A DNA stretch of 64,000 nt from Gordius albopunctatus (GCA_964276515.1 OZ193910.1:7254001-7318000), one strand, 5' to 3'. Shown: positions 1 through 13,300, counted from the stretch's first letter. Notes: a model not told the origin generated them from the letters alone. Program-made: numbers and translations.

Positions 1-1378
1 ATCAGCTTACTTTTATATATTTTTTCAAGCTCTTTTACATAAAATGACAAAAAAAATATTTTTCAGGTTAAAATAATTCACAATTTTTTCGTTTAAACCA
101 TATTCAACCGATGAAAGTTGTTAGTTTCAGACGTGATTTCCATGATAAAAAGTTAAAATTTATCAGAATTAGAGAACCATTACTTTTAAATCATCATCGC
201 ATAGAGCATGTTTCAAAAATTAAGCACTAACGTTGCGATACAACTAACTAATCGCAACAATATAACGTTGTCTTTTCTCAAAATGATTGTTCTCGCAGCT
301 TAAAACTTCTTTCTTAAGTCAATCGAGCATAAAAGGTTTCTCAAATTGGCTTACTTTAATATATTTTTTCAAGCTCTTTTACATAAAATAACAAAAAATA
401 TATTTTTCAGGTTTAAATAATTCACAATTTTTTCCTTTCAACCATATTCAACCGATGAAAGTTGTTATTTTCAGACGTGATTTCCATGATAAAAAGTTAA
501 AATTTATCAGAATTAGAGAACCATTACTTTTAAATCATCATCGCATAGAGCATGTTTCAAAAATTAAGCACTAACGTTGCGATACAACTAACTAATCGCA
601 ACAATATAACGTTGTCTTTTCTAAAAATGATTGTTGTCGCAGCTTAAAACTTCTTATAAGGAGTCGATCGAGATTAATAGGATTCTCAAATCAGCTTACT
701 TTTATATATTTTTTCAAGCTCTTTTACATAAAATGACAAAAAAAATATTTTTCAGGTTAAAATAATTCACAATTTTTTCGTTTAAACCATATTCAACCGA
801 TGAAAGTTGTTAGTTTCAGACGTGATTTCCATGATAAAAAGTTAAAATTTATCAGAATTAGAGAACCATTACTTTTAAATCATCATCGCATAGAGCATGT
901 TTCAAAAATTAAGCACTAACGTTGCGATACAACTAACTAATCGCAACAATATAACGTTGTCTTTTCTCAAAATGATTGTTCTCGCAGCTTAAAACTTCTT
1001 TCTTAAGTCAATCGAGCATAAAAGGTTTCTCAAATTGGCTTACTTTAATATATTTTTTCAAGCTCTTTTACATAAAATAACAAAAAATATATTTTTCAGG
1101 TTTAAATAATTCACAATTTTTTCCTTTCAACCATATTCAACCGATGAAAGTTGTTATTTTCAGACGTGATTTCCATGATAAAAAGTTAAAATTTATCAGA
1201 ATTAGAGAACCATTACTTTTAAATCATCATCGCATAGAGCATGTTTCAAAAATTAAGCACTAACGTTGCGATACAACTAACTAATCGCAACAATATAACG
1301 TTGTATTTTTTCAAAATGATTGTTCTCGCAGCTTAAAACTTCTTATAAGGAGTCGATCGAGATTAATAGGATTCTCAA
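1..1378. repeat. 689-bp dimeric higher-order unit, two near-identical copies
   Basis: Monomers 1 and 3 share private variants (aaaatGacaaaaaaaatatt, ttttcGtttAaaccat, gttAGtttcag) and the cassette alleles alternate. Period: 1, 690, 1379. Confidence 0.9.
232..258. other. Per-monomer inverted repeat GTTGCGAT-N7/11-ATCGCAAC (first copy shown; present in nearly all monomers)
   Basis: 232-239 gttgcgat is the exact reverse complement of 251-258 atcgcaac. In subfamily A it is flanked by taacgttg direct repeats at 228-235 and 263-270. Confidence 0.9.
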
Positions 1379-4300
1379 ATCAGCTTACTTTTATATATTT
1401 TTTCAAGCTCTTTTACATAAAATAACAAAAAATATATTGTTCAGGTTAAAATAATTCACAATTTTTTCCTTTCGGCCATATTCAACCGATGAAAGTTGTT
1501 ATTTTCAGACGTGATTTCCATGATAAAAAGTCAAAATTTATCAGAATTAGAGAACTGTTACTTTTAAATCATCATCGCATAGAGCATGTTTCAAAAATTA
1601 AGCACTAACGTTGCGATACAACAAACTAATCGCAACAAAATAACGTTGTCTTTTCTCAAAATGATTGTTCTCGCAGCTTAAAACTTCTTTCTTAAGTCAA
1701 TCGAGCATAAAAGGTTTCTCAAATTGGCTTACTTTAATATATTTTTTCAAGCTCTTTTACATAAAATAACAAAAAATATATTTTTTCAGGATAAAATAAT
1801 TCACAATTTTTTCCTTTCAACCATATTCAACTGATGAAAGTTGTTATTTTCAGACGTGATTTCCATGATAAAAAGTTAAAATTTATCAGAATTAGAGAAC
1901 CATTACTTTTAAATCATCATCGCATAGAGCATGTTTCAAAAATTAAGCACTAACGTTGCGATACAACTAACTAATCGCAACAAAATAACGTTGTCTTTTC
2001 TCAAAATGATTGTTCTCGCAGCTTAAAACTTCTTTCTTAAGTCAATCGGGCATAAAAGGTTTCTCAAATTGGCTTACTTTAATATATTTTTTCAAGCTCT
2101 TTTACATAAAATAACAAAAAATATATTTTTTCAGGATAAAATAATTCACAATTTTTTCCTTCAACCATATTCAACCGATGAAAGTTGTTATTTTCAGACG
2201 TGATTTCCATGATAAAAAGTCATAATTTATCAGAATTAGAGAACTGTTACTTTTAAATCATCATCGCATAGAGCATGTTTCAAAAATTAAGCACTAACGT
2301 TGCGATACAACAAACTAATCGCAACAAAATAACGTTGTCTTTTCTCAAAATGATTGTTCTCGCAGCTTAAAACTTCTTATAAGGAGTCGATCGAGATTAA
2401 TAGGATTCTCAAATCAGCTTACTTTTATATATTTTTTCAAGCTCTTTTACATAAAATAACAAAAAATATATTGTTCAGGTTAAAATAATTCACATTTTTT
2501 TCCTTTCGGCCATATTCAACCGATGAAAGTTGTTATTTTCAGACGTGATTTCCATGATAAAAAGTCAAAATTTATCAGAATTAGAGAACTGTTACTTTTA
2601 AATCATCATCGCATAGAGCATGTTTCAAAAATTAAGCACTAACGTTGCGATACAACTAACTAATCGCAACAATATAACGTTGTCTTTTCTCAAAATGATT
2701 GTTCTCGCAGCTTAAAACTTCTTATAAGGAGTCGATCGAGATTAATAGGATTCTCAAATCAGCTTACTTTTATATATTTTTTCAAGCTCTTTTACATAAA
2801 ATAACAAAAAATATATTTTTTCAGGATAAAATAATTCACAATTTTTTCCTTTCAACCATATTCAACTGATGAAAGTTGTTATTTTCAGACGTGATTTCCA
2901 TGATAAAAAGTTAAAATTTATCAGAATTAGAGAACTATTACTTTGAAATCATCATCGCATAGAGCATGTTTCAAAAATTAAGCAATAACGTTGCGATACA
3001 ACTAACTAATCGCAACAATATAACGTTGTATTTTCTCAAGATGATTGTTCTCGCAGCTTAAAACTTCTTATAAGGAGTCGATCGAGATTAATAGGATTCT
3101 CAAATCAGCTTACTTTAATATATTTTTTCAAGCTCTTTTACATAAAATAACAAAAAATATATTTTTCAGGTTTAAATAATTCACAATTTTTTCCTTTCAA
3201 CCATATTCAACCGATGAAAGTTGTTATTTTCAGACGTGATTTCCATGATAAAAAGTTAAAATTTATCAGAATTAGAGAACCATTACTTTTAAATCATCAT
3301 CGCATAGAGCATGTTTCAAAAATTAAGCACTAACGTTGCGATACAACTAACTAATCGCAACAATATAACGTTGTCTTTTCTCAAAATGATTGTTCTCGCA
3401 GCTTAAAACTTCTTATAAGGAGTCGATCGAGAGTAATAGGATTTTCAAATCAGCTTACTTTTATATATTTTTTCAAGCTCTTTTACATAAAATAACAAAA
3501 AATATATTTTTCAGGTTAAAATAATTCACAATTTTTTCCTTTCAACCATATTCAACCGATGAAAGTTGTTATTTTCAGACGTGATTTCCATGATAAAAAG
3601 TCAAAATTTATCAGAATTAGAGAACTATTACTTTTAAATCATCATCGCATAGAGCATGTTTCAAAAATTAAGCACTAACGTTGCGATACAACTAATCGCA
3701 ACAATATAACGTTGTCTTTTCTCAAAATGATTGTTCTCGCAGCTTAAAACTTCTTATAAGGAGTCGATCGAGATTAATAGGATTCTCAAATGAGCTTACT
3801 TTTATATATTTTTTCAAGCTCTTTTACATAAAATAACAAAAAATATATTTTTCAGGTTAAAATAATTCACAATTTTTTCCTTTCAACCATATTCAACCGA
3901 TGAAAGTTGTTATTTTCAGACGTGATTTCCATGATAAAAAGTCAAAATTTATCAGAATTAGAGAACTATTACTTTTAAATCATCATCGCATAGAGCATGT
4001 TTCAAAAATTAAGCACGAACGTTGCGATACAACTAATCGCAACAATATAACGTTGTCTTTTCTCAAAATGATTGTTCTCGCAGCTTAAAACTTCTTATAA
4101 GGAGTCGATCGAGATTAATAGGATTCTCAAATGAGCTTACTTTTATATATTTTTTCAAGCTCTTTTACATAAAATAACAAAAAATATATTGTTCAGGTTA
4201 AAATAATTCACAATTTTTTCCTTTCAACCATATTCAACCGATGAAAGTTGTTATTTTCAGACGTGATTTCCATGATAAAAAGTTAAAATTTATCAGAATT

Positions 4301-7300
4301 AGAGAACCATTACTTTTAAATCATCATCGCATAGAGCATGTTTCAAAAATAAAGCACTAACGTTGCGATACAACTAACTAATCGCAACAATATAACGTTG
4401 TATTTTCTCAAAATGATTGTTCTCGCAGCTTAAAACTTCTTTCTGAAGTCAATCGAGGATAAAAGGTTTCTCAAATTGGCTTACTTTAATATATTTTTTC
4501 AAGCTCTTTTACATAAAATAACAAAAAATATATTTTTTCAGGATAAAATAATTCACAATTTTTTCCTTTCAACCATATTCAACTGATGAAAGTTGTTATT
4601 TTCAGACGTGATTTCCATGATAAAAAGTTAAAATTTATCAGAATTAGAGAACCATTACTTTTAAATCATCATCGCATAGAGCATGTTTCAAAAATTAAGC
4701 ACTAACGTTGCGATACAACGAACTAATCGCAACAATATAACTTTGTATTTTCTCAAAATGATTGTTCTCGCAGCTTAAAACTTCTTTCTGAAGTCAATCG
4801 AGGATAAAAGGTTTCTCAAATCAGCTTACTTTTATATATTTTTTCAAGCTCTTTTACATAAAATAACAAAAAATATATTTTTCAGGTTAAAATAATTCAC
4901 AATTTTTTCCTTTCAACCATATTCAACCGATGAAAGTTGTTATTTTCAGACGTGATTTCCATGATAAAAAGTTAAAATTTATCAGAATTAGAGAACCATT
5001 ACTTTTAAATCATCATCGCATAGAGTATATTTCAAAAATTAAGCACTAACGTTGCGATACAACTAACTAATCGCAACAATATAACGTTGTCTTTTCTCAA
5101 AATGATTGTTCTCGCAGCTTAAAACTTCTTATAAGGAGTCGATCGAGATTAATAGGATTCTCAAATCAGCTTACTTTTATATATTTTTTCAAGCTCTTTT
5201 ACATAAAATAACAAAAAATATATTGTTCAGGTTAAAATAATTCACAATTTTTTCCTTTCGGCCATATTCAACCGATGAAAGTTGTTATTTTCAGACGTGA
5301 TTTCCATGATAAAAAGTCAAAATTTATCAGAATTAGAGAACTGTTACTTTTAAATCATCATCGCATAGAGCATGTTTCAAAAATTAAGCACTAACGTTGC
5401 GATACAACAAACTAATCGCAACAAAATAACGTTGTCTTTTCTCAAAATGATTGTTCTCGCAGCTTAAAACTTCTTTCTTAAGTCAATCGAGCATAAAAGG
5501 TTTCTCAAATTGGCTTACTTTTATATATTTTTTCAAGCTCCTTTACATAAAATAACAAAAAATATATTTTTTCAGGAAAAAATAATTCACAATTTTTTCC
5601 TTTCAACCATATTCAACTGATGAAAGTTGTTTATTTCAGACGTGATTTCCATGATAAAAAGTCAAAATTTATCAGAATTAGAGAACTATTACTTTTAAAT
5701 CATCATCGCATAGAGCATGTTTCAAAAATTAAGCACTAACGTTGCGATACAACTAATCGCAACAATATAACGTTGTCTTTTCTCAAAATGATTGTTCTCG
5801 CAGCTTAAAACTTCTTATAAGGAGTCGATCGAGATTAATAGGATTCTCAAATGAGCTTACTTTTATATATTTTTTTAAGCTCTTTTACATAAAATAACAA
5901 AAAATATATTGTTCAGGTTAAAATAATTCACAATTTTTTCCTTTCAATCATATTCAACCGATGAAAGTTGTTATTTTCAGACGTGATTTCCATGATAAAA
6001 AGTTAAAATTTATCAGAATTAGAGAACCATTACTTTTAAATCATCATCGCATAGAGCATGTTTCAAAAATTAAGCACTAACGTTGCGATACAACTAACTA
6101 ATCGCAACAATATAACGTTGTCTTTTCTCAAAATGATTGTTCTCGCAGCTTAAAACTTCTTATAAGGAGTCGATCGAGAGTAATAGGATTTTCAAATCAG
6201 CTTACTTTTATATATTTTTTCAAGCTCTTTTACATAAAATAACAAAAAATATATTTTTCAGGTTAAAATAATTCACAATTTTTTCCTTTCAACCATATTC
6301 AACCGATGAAAGTTGTTATTTTCAGACGTGATTTCCATGATAAAAAGTCAAAATTTATCAGAATTAGAGAACTATTACTTTTAAATCATCATCGCATAGA
6401 GCATGTTTCAAAAATTAAGCACTAACGTTGCGATACAACTAATCGCAACAATATAACGTTGTCTTTTCTCAAAATGATTGTTCTCGCAGCTTAAAACTTC
6501 TTATAAGGAGTCGATCGAGATTAATAGGATTCTCAAATGAGCTTACTTTTATATATTTTTTCAAGCTCTTTTACATAAAATAACAAAAAATATATTTTTC
6601 AGGTTAAAATAATTCACAATTTTTTCCTTTCAACCATATTCAACCGATGAAAGTTGTTATTTTCAGACGTGATTTCCATGATAAAAAGTCAAAATTTATC
6701 AGAATTAGAGAACTATTACTTTTAAATCATCATCGCATAGAGCATGTTTCAAAAATTAAGCACTAACGTTGCGATACAACTAATCGCAACAATATAACGT
6801 TGTCTTTTCTCAAAATGATTGTTCTCGCAGCTTAAAACTTCTTATAAGGAGTCGATCGAGATTAATAGGATTCTCAAATGAGCTTACTTTTATATATTTT
6901 TTCAAGCTCTTTTACATAAAATAACAAAAAATATATTGTTCAGGTTAAAATAATTCACAATTTTTTCCTTTCAACCATATTCAACCGATGAAAGTTGTTA
7001 TTTTCAGACGTGATTTCCATGATAAAAAGTCAAAATTTAGCAGAATTAGAAAACTATTACTTTGAAATCATCATCGCATAGAGCATGTTTAAATAATTAA
7101 GCACTCACGTTGCGATACAACTAATCGCAACAATATAACGTTGTCTTTTCTCAAAATGATTGTTCTCGCAGCTTAAAATTTCTAATAAGGAGTCGATCGA
7201 GAATAATAGGATTCTCAAATGAGCTTACTTTTATATATTTTTCAAGCTCTTTTACATAAAATAACAAAAAATATATTTTTTCAGGTTAAAATAATTCACA

Positions 7301-10300
7301 ATTTTTTCCTTTCAACCATATTCAACTGATGAAAGTTGTTATTTTCAGACGTGATTTCCATGATAAAAAGTTAAAATTTATCAGAATTAGAGAACCATTA
7401 CTTTTAAATCATCATCGCATAGAGCATGTTTCAAAAATTAAGCACTAACGTTGCGATACAACGAACTAATCGCAACAATATAACGTTGTATTTTCTCAAA
7501 ATGATTGTTCTCGCAGCTTAAAACTTCTTTCTGAAGTCAATCGAGCATAAAAGGTTTCTCAAATTGGCTTACTTTAATATATTTTTTCAAGCTCTTTTAC
7601 ATAAAATAACAAAAAATATATTTTTAAGGTTAAAATAATTCACAATTTTTTCCTTTCAACCATATTCAACCGATGAAAGTTGTTATTTTCAGACGTGATT
7701 TCCATGATAAAAAGTTAAAATTTATCAGAATTAGAGAACCATTACTTTTAAATCATCATCGCATAGAGCATATTTCAAAAATTAAGCACTAACGTTGCGA
7801 TACAACTAACTAATCGCAACAATATAACGTTGTCTTTTCTCAAAATGATTGTTCTCGCAGCTTAAAACTTCTTATAAGGAGTCGATCGAGATTAATAGGA
7901 TTCTCAAATCAGCTTACTTTTATATATTTTTTCAAGCTCTTTTACATAAAATAACAAAAAATATATTGTTCAGGTTAAAATAATTCACAATTTTTTCCTT
8001 TCGGCCATATTCAACCGATGAAAGTTGTTATTTTCAGACGTGATTTCCATGATAAAAAGTCATAATTTATCAGAATTAGAGAACTGTTACTTTTAAATCA
8101 TCATCGCATAGAGCATGTTTCAAAAATTAAGCACTAACGTTGCGATACAACAAACTAATCGCAACAAAATAACGTTGTCTTTTCTCAAAATGATTGTTCT
8201 CGCAGCTTAAAACTTCTTTCTTAAGTCAATCGAGCATAAAAGGTTTCTCAAATTGGCTTACTTTAATATATTTTTTCAAGCTCTTTTACATAAAATAACA
8301 AAAAATATATTTTTTCAGGATAAAATAATTCACAATTTTTTCCTTTCAACCATATTCAACTGATGAAAGTTGTTATTTTCAGACGTGATTTCCATGATAA
8401 AAAGTTAAAATTTATCAGAATTAGAGAACCATTACTTTTAAATCATCATCGCATAGAGCATGTTTCAAAAATTAAGCACTAACGTTTCGATACAACTAAC
8501 TAATCGCAACAAAATAACGTTGTCTTTTCTCAAAATGATTGTTCTCGCAGCTTAAAACTTCTTTCTTAAGTCAATCGAGCATAAAAGGTTTCTCAAATTG
8601 GCTTACTTTAATATATTTTTTCAAGCTCTTTTACATAAAATAACAAAAAATATATTTTTTCAGGATAAAATAATTCACAATTTTTTCCTTCAACCATATT
8701 CAACCGATGAAAGTTGTTATTTTCAGACGTGATTTCCATGATAAAAAGTCAAAATTTATCAGAATTAGAGAACTGTTACTTTTAAATCATCATCGCATAG
8801 AGCATGTTTCAAAAATTAAGCACTAACGTTGCGATACAAAAACTAATCGCAACAAAATAACGTTGTCTTTTCTCAAAATGATTGTTCTCGCAGCTTAAAA
8901 CTTCTTTCTTAAGTCAATCGAGCATAAAAGGTTTCTCAAATTAGCTTACTTTTATATATTTTATCAAGCTCTTTTACATAAAATAACAAAAAATATATTT
9001 TTTAGGTTAAAATAATTCACAATTTTTTCCTTTCAACCATATTCAACCGATAAAAGTTGTTATTTTCAGACGTGATTGCCATGATAAAAAGTTAAAATTT
9101 ATCAGAATTAGAGAACTGTTACTTTTAAATCATCATCGCATAGAGCATGTTTCAAAAATTAAGCACTAACGTTGCGATACAAAAACTAATCGCAACAATA
9201 TAACGTTGTATTTTCTCAAAATGATTGTTCTCGCAGCTTAAAACTTCTTTCTGAAGTCAATCGAGGATAAAAGGTTTCTCAAATCAGCTTACTTTTATAT
9301 ATTTTTTCAAGCTCTTTTACATAAAATAACAAAAAATATATTTTTCAGGTTTAAATAATTCACAATTTTTTCCTTTCAACCATATTCAACCGATGAAAGT
9401 TGTTATTTTCTCACGTGATTTCCATGATAAAAAGTTAAAATTTATCAGAATTAGAGAACCATTACTTTTAAATCATCATCGCATAGAGCATGTTTCAAAA
9501 ATTAAGCACTAACGTTGCGATACAACTAACTAATCGCAACAATATAACGTTGTATTTTCTCAAAATGATTGTTCTCGCAGCTTAAAACTTCTTATAAGGA
9601 GTCGATCGAGATTAATAGGATTCTCAAATCAGCTTACTTTTATATATTTTTTCAAGCTCTTTTACATAAAATAACAAAAAATATATTTTTCAGGTTAAAA
9701 TAATTCACAATTTTTTCCTTTCAACCATATTCAACCGATGAAAGTTGTTATTTTCAGACGTGATTTCCATGATAAAAAGTTAAAATTTATCAGAATTAGA
9801 GAACCATTACTTTTAAATCATCATCGCATAGAGCATGTTTCAAAAATAAAGCACTAACGTTGCGATACAACTAACTAATCGCAACAATATAACGTTGTAT
9901 TTTCTCAAAATGATTGTTCTCGCAGCTTAAAACTTCTTTCTGAAGTCAATCGAGGATAAAAGGTTTCTCAAATTGGCTTACTTTAATATATTTTTTCAAG
10001 CTCTTTTACATAAAATAACAAAAAATATATTTTTTCAGGATAAAATAATTCACAATTTTTTCCTTTCAACCATATTCAACCGATGAAAGTTGTTATTTTC
10101 AGACGTGATTTCGATGATAAAAAGTCAAAATTTATCATAATTAGAAAACTATTACTTTGAAATCATCATCGCATAGAGCATGTTTAAATAATTAAGCACT
10201 CACGTTGCGATACAACAAATTAATTGCAACAATATAACGTTGTCTTTTCTCAAAATGATTGTTCTCGCAGCTTAAAACTTCTAATAAGGAGTCGATCGAG

Positions 10301-13300
10301 AATAATAGGATTCTCAAATGAGCTTACTTTTATATATTTTTTCAAGCTCTTTTACATAAAATAACAAAAAAAATATTTTTTCAGGTTAAATAATTCACAA
10401 TTTTTTCCTTTCAACCATATTCAACCGATGAAAGTTGTTATTTTCAGACGTGATTTCCATGATAAAAAGTCAAAATTTAGCAGAATTAGAAAACTATTAC
10501 TTTGAAATCATCATCGCATAGAGCATGTTTAAATAATGAAGCACTCACGTTGCGATACAACTAATCGCAACAATATAACGTTGTCTTTTCTCAAAATGAT
10601 TGTTCTCGCAGCTTAAAACTTCTAATAAGGAGTCGATCGAGAATAATAGGATTCTCAAATGAGCTTACTTTTATATATTTTTCAAGCTCTTTTACATAAA
10701 ATAACAAAAAATATATTTTTTCAGGTTAAAATAATTCACAATTTTTTCCTTTCAACCATATTCAACCGATGAAAGTTGTTATTTTCAGACGTGATTTCGA
10801 TGATAAAAAGTCAAAATTTATCAGAATTAGAAAACTATTACTTTGAAATCATCATCGCATAGAGCATGTTTAAATAATTAAGCAGTCACGTTGCGATACA
10901 ACTAATCGCAACAATATAACGTTGTCTTTTCTCAAAATGATTGTTCTCGCAGCTTAAAACTTCTAATAAGGAGTCGATACAGAATAATAGGATTCTCAAA
11001 TGAGCTTACTTTTATATATTTTTCAAGCTCTTTTACATAAAATAACAAAAAATATATTTTTTCAGGTTAAAATAATTCACAATTTTTTCCTTTCAACCAT
11101 ATTCAACCGATGAAAGTTGTTATTTTCAGACGTGATTTCGATGATAAAAAGTCAAAATTTATCAGAATTAGAAAACTATTACTTTGAAATCATCATCGCA
11201 TAGAGCATGTTTAAATAATTAAGCACTCACGTTGCGATACAACTAATCGCAACAATATAACGTTGTCTTTTCTCAAAATGATTGTTCTCGCAGCTTAAAA
11301 CTTCTTTCTAAAGTCAATCGAGGATAAAAGGTTTCTCAAATTGGCTTACTTTAAAATATTTTTTCAAGCTCTTTTACATAAAATAACAAAAAATATATTT
11401 TTTCAGGTTAAAATAATTCACAATTTTTTCCTTTCAACCATATTCAACCGATGAAAGTTGTTATTTTCAGACGTGATTTCCATGATAAAAAGTCAAAATT
11501 TATCAGAATTAGAAAACTATTACTTTGAAATCATCATCGCATAGAGCATGTTTAAATAATTAAGCACTCACGTTGCGATACAACTAATCGCAACAATATA
11601 ACGTTGTCTTTTCTCAAAATGATTGTTCTCGCAGCTTAAAACTTCTAATAAGGAGTCGATCGAGAATAATAGGATTCTCAAATGAGCTTACTTTTATATA
11701 TTTTTTCAAGCTCTTTTACATAAAATAACAAAAAATATATTTTTTCAGGTTAAAATAATTCACAATTTTTTCCTTTCAACCATATTCAACCGATGAAAGT
11801 TGTTATTTTCAGACGTGATTTCCATGATAAAAAGTCAAAATTTAGCAGAATTAGAAAACTATTACTTTGAAATCATCATCGCATAGAGCATGTTTAAATA
11901 ATTAAGCACTCACGTTGCGATACAACTAATCGCAACAATATAACGTTGTCTTTTCTCAAAATGATTGTTCTCGCAGCCTAAAACTTCTAATAAGGAGTCG
12001 ATCGAGAATAATAGGATTCTCAAATGAGCTTACTTTTATATATTTTTTCAAGCTCTTTTACATAAAATAACAAAAAATATATTTTTTCAGGTTAAAATAA
12101 TTCACAATTTTTTCCTTTCAACCATATTCAACCGATGAAAGTTGTTATTTTCAGACGTAATTTCGATGATAAAAAGTCAAAATTTATCATAATTAGAAAA
12201 CTATTACTTTGAAATCATCATCGTATAGAGCATGTTTAAATAATTAAGCACTCACGTTGCGATACAACTAATCGCAACAATATAACGTTGTCTTTTCTCA
12301 AAATGATTGTTCTCGCAGCCTAAAACTTCTAATAAGGAGTCGATCGAGAATAATAGGATTCTCAAATGAGCTTACTTTTATATATTTTTTCAAGCTCTTT
12401 TACATAAAATAACAAAAAATATATTTTTTCAGGTTAAAATAATTCACAATTTTTTCCTTTCAACCATATTCAACCGATGAAAGTTGTTATTTTCAGACGT
12501 AATTTCGATGATAAAAAGTCAAAATTTATCATAATTAGAAAACTATTACTTTGAAATCATCATCGTATAGAGCATGTTTAAATAATTAAGCACTCACGTT
12601 GCGATACAACAAATTAATCGCAACAATATAACGTTGTCTTTTCTAAAAATGATTGTTCTCGCAGCTTAAAACTTCTTATAAGGAGTCGATCGAGATTAAT
12701 AGGATTCTCAAATCAGCTTACTTTTATATATTTTTTCAAGCTCTTTTACATAAAATAACAAAAAATATGTTTTTTCAGGTTAAAATAATTCACAATTTTT
12801 TCCTTTCAACCATATTCAACCGATGAAAGTTGTTATTTTCAGACGTGATTTCCATGATAAAAAGTCAAAATTTATCAGAATTAGAAAACTATTACTTTGA
12901 AATCATCATCGCATAGAGCATGTTTAAATAATTAAGCACTCACGTTGCGATACAACTAATCGCAACAATATAACGTTGTCTTTTCTCAAAATGATTGTTC
13001 TCGCAGCCTAAAACTTCTAATAAGGAGTCGATCGAGAATAATAGGATTCTCAAATGAGCTTACTTTTATATATTTTTTCAAGCTCTTTTACATAAAATAA
13101 CAAAAAATATATTTTTTCAGGTTAAAATAATTCACAATTTTTTCCTTTCAACCATATTCAACCGATGAAAGTTGTTATTTTCAGACGTAATTTCGATGAT
13201 AAAAAGTCAAAATTTATCATAATTAGAAAACTATTACTTTGAAATCATCATCGTATAGAGCATGTTTAAATAATTAAGCACTCACGTTGCGATACAACAA

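Larger units (their letters stand above)
1..10040. repeat. Satellite subfamily A domain (~29 monomers, mostly 344-345 bp)
   Basis: Linked diagnostics: ttagAGaac(c/t), acttTTaaatc, gtttCAAAaattaagcactAacgttg, and usually the longer spacer caactaactaatcgc or caacaaactaatcgc. Private variants include caggAtaaaa, attGttcagg, ttcGGccata and caacTgatg. Confidence 0.92.

Noticed and set aside
1..344. Tandem RNA gene (5S rRNA, tRNA, snRNA, SL RNA) or MITE array
   Set aside because: No recognisable RNA gene sequence, Pol III A/B boxes, terminal inverted repeats or target-site duplications were seen.
657..664. TAAGGAG Shine-Dalgarno-like motif in many monomers
   Set aside because: No start codon or ORF follows at the proper spacing and the context is a satellite, so it is coincidental.
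3900..4088. 62-aa ORF MKVVIFRRDF...
   Set aside because: It lies wholly inside one monomer and is open only because of a private TAA to GAA change (T to G at 4017) in a short-loop unit. Sister monomers have the stop, and the peptide has no recognisable protein features.
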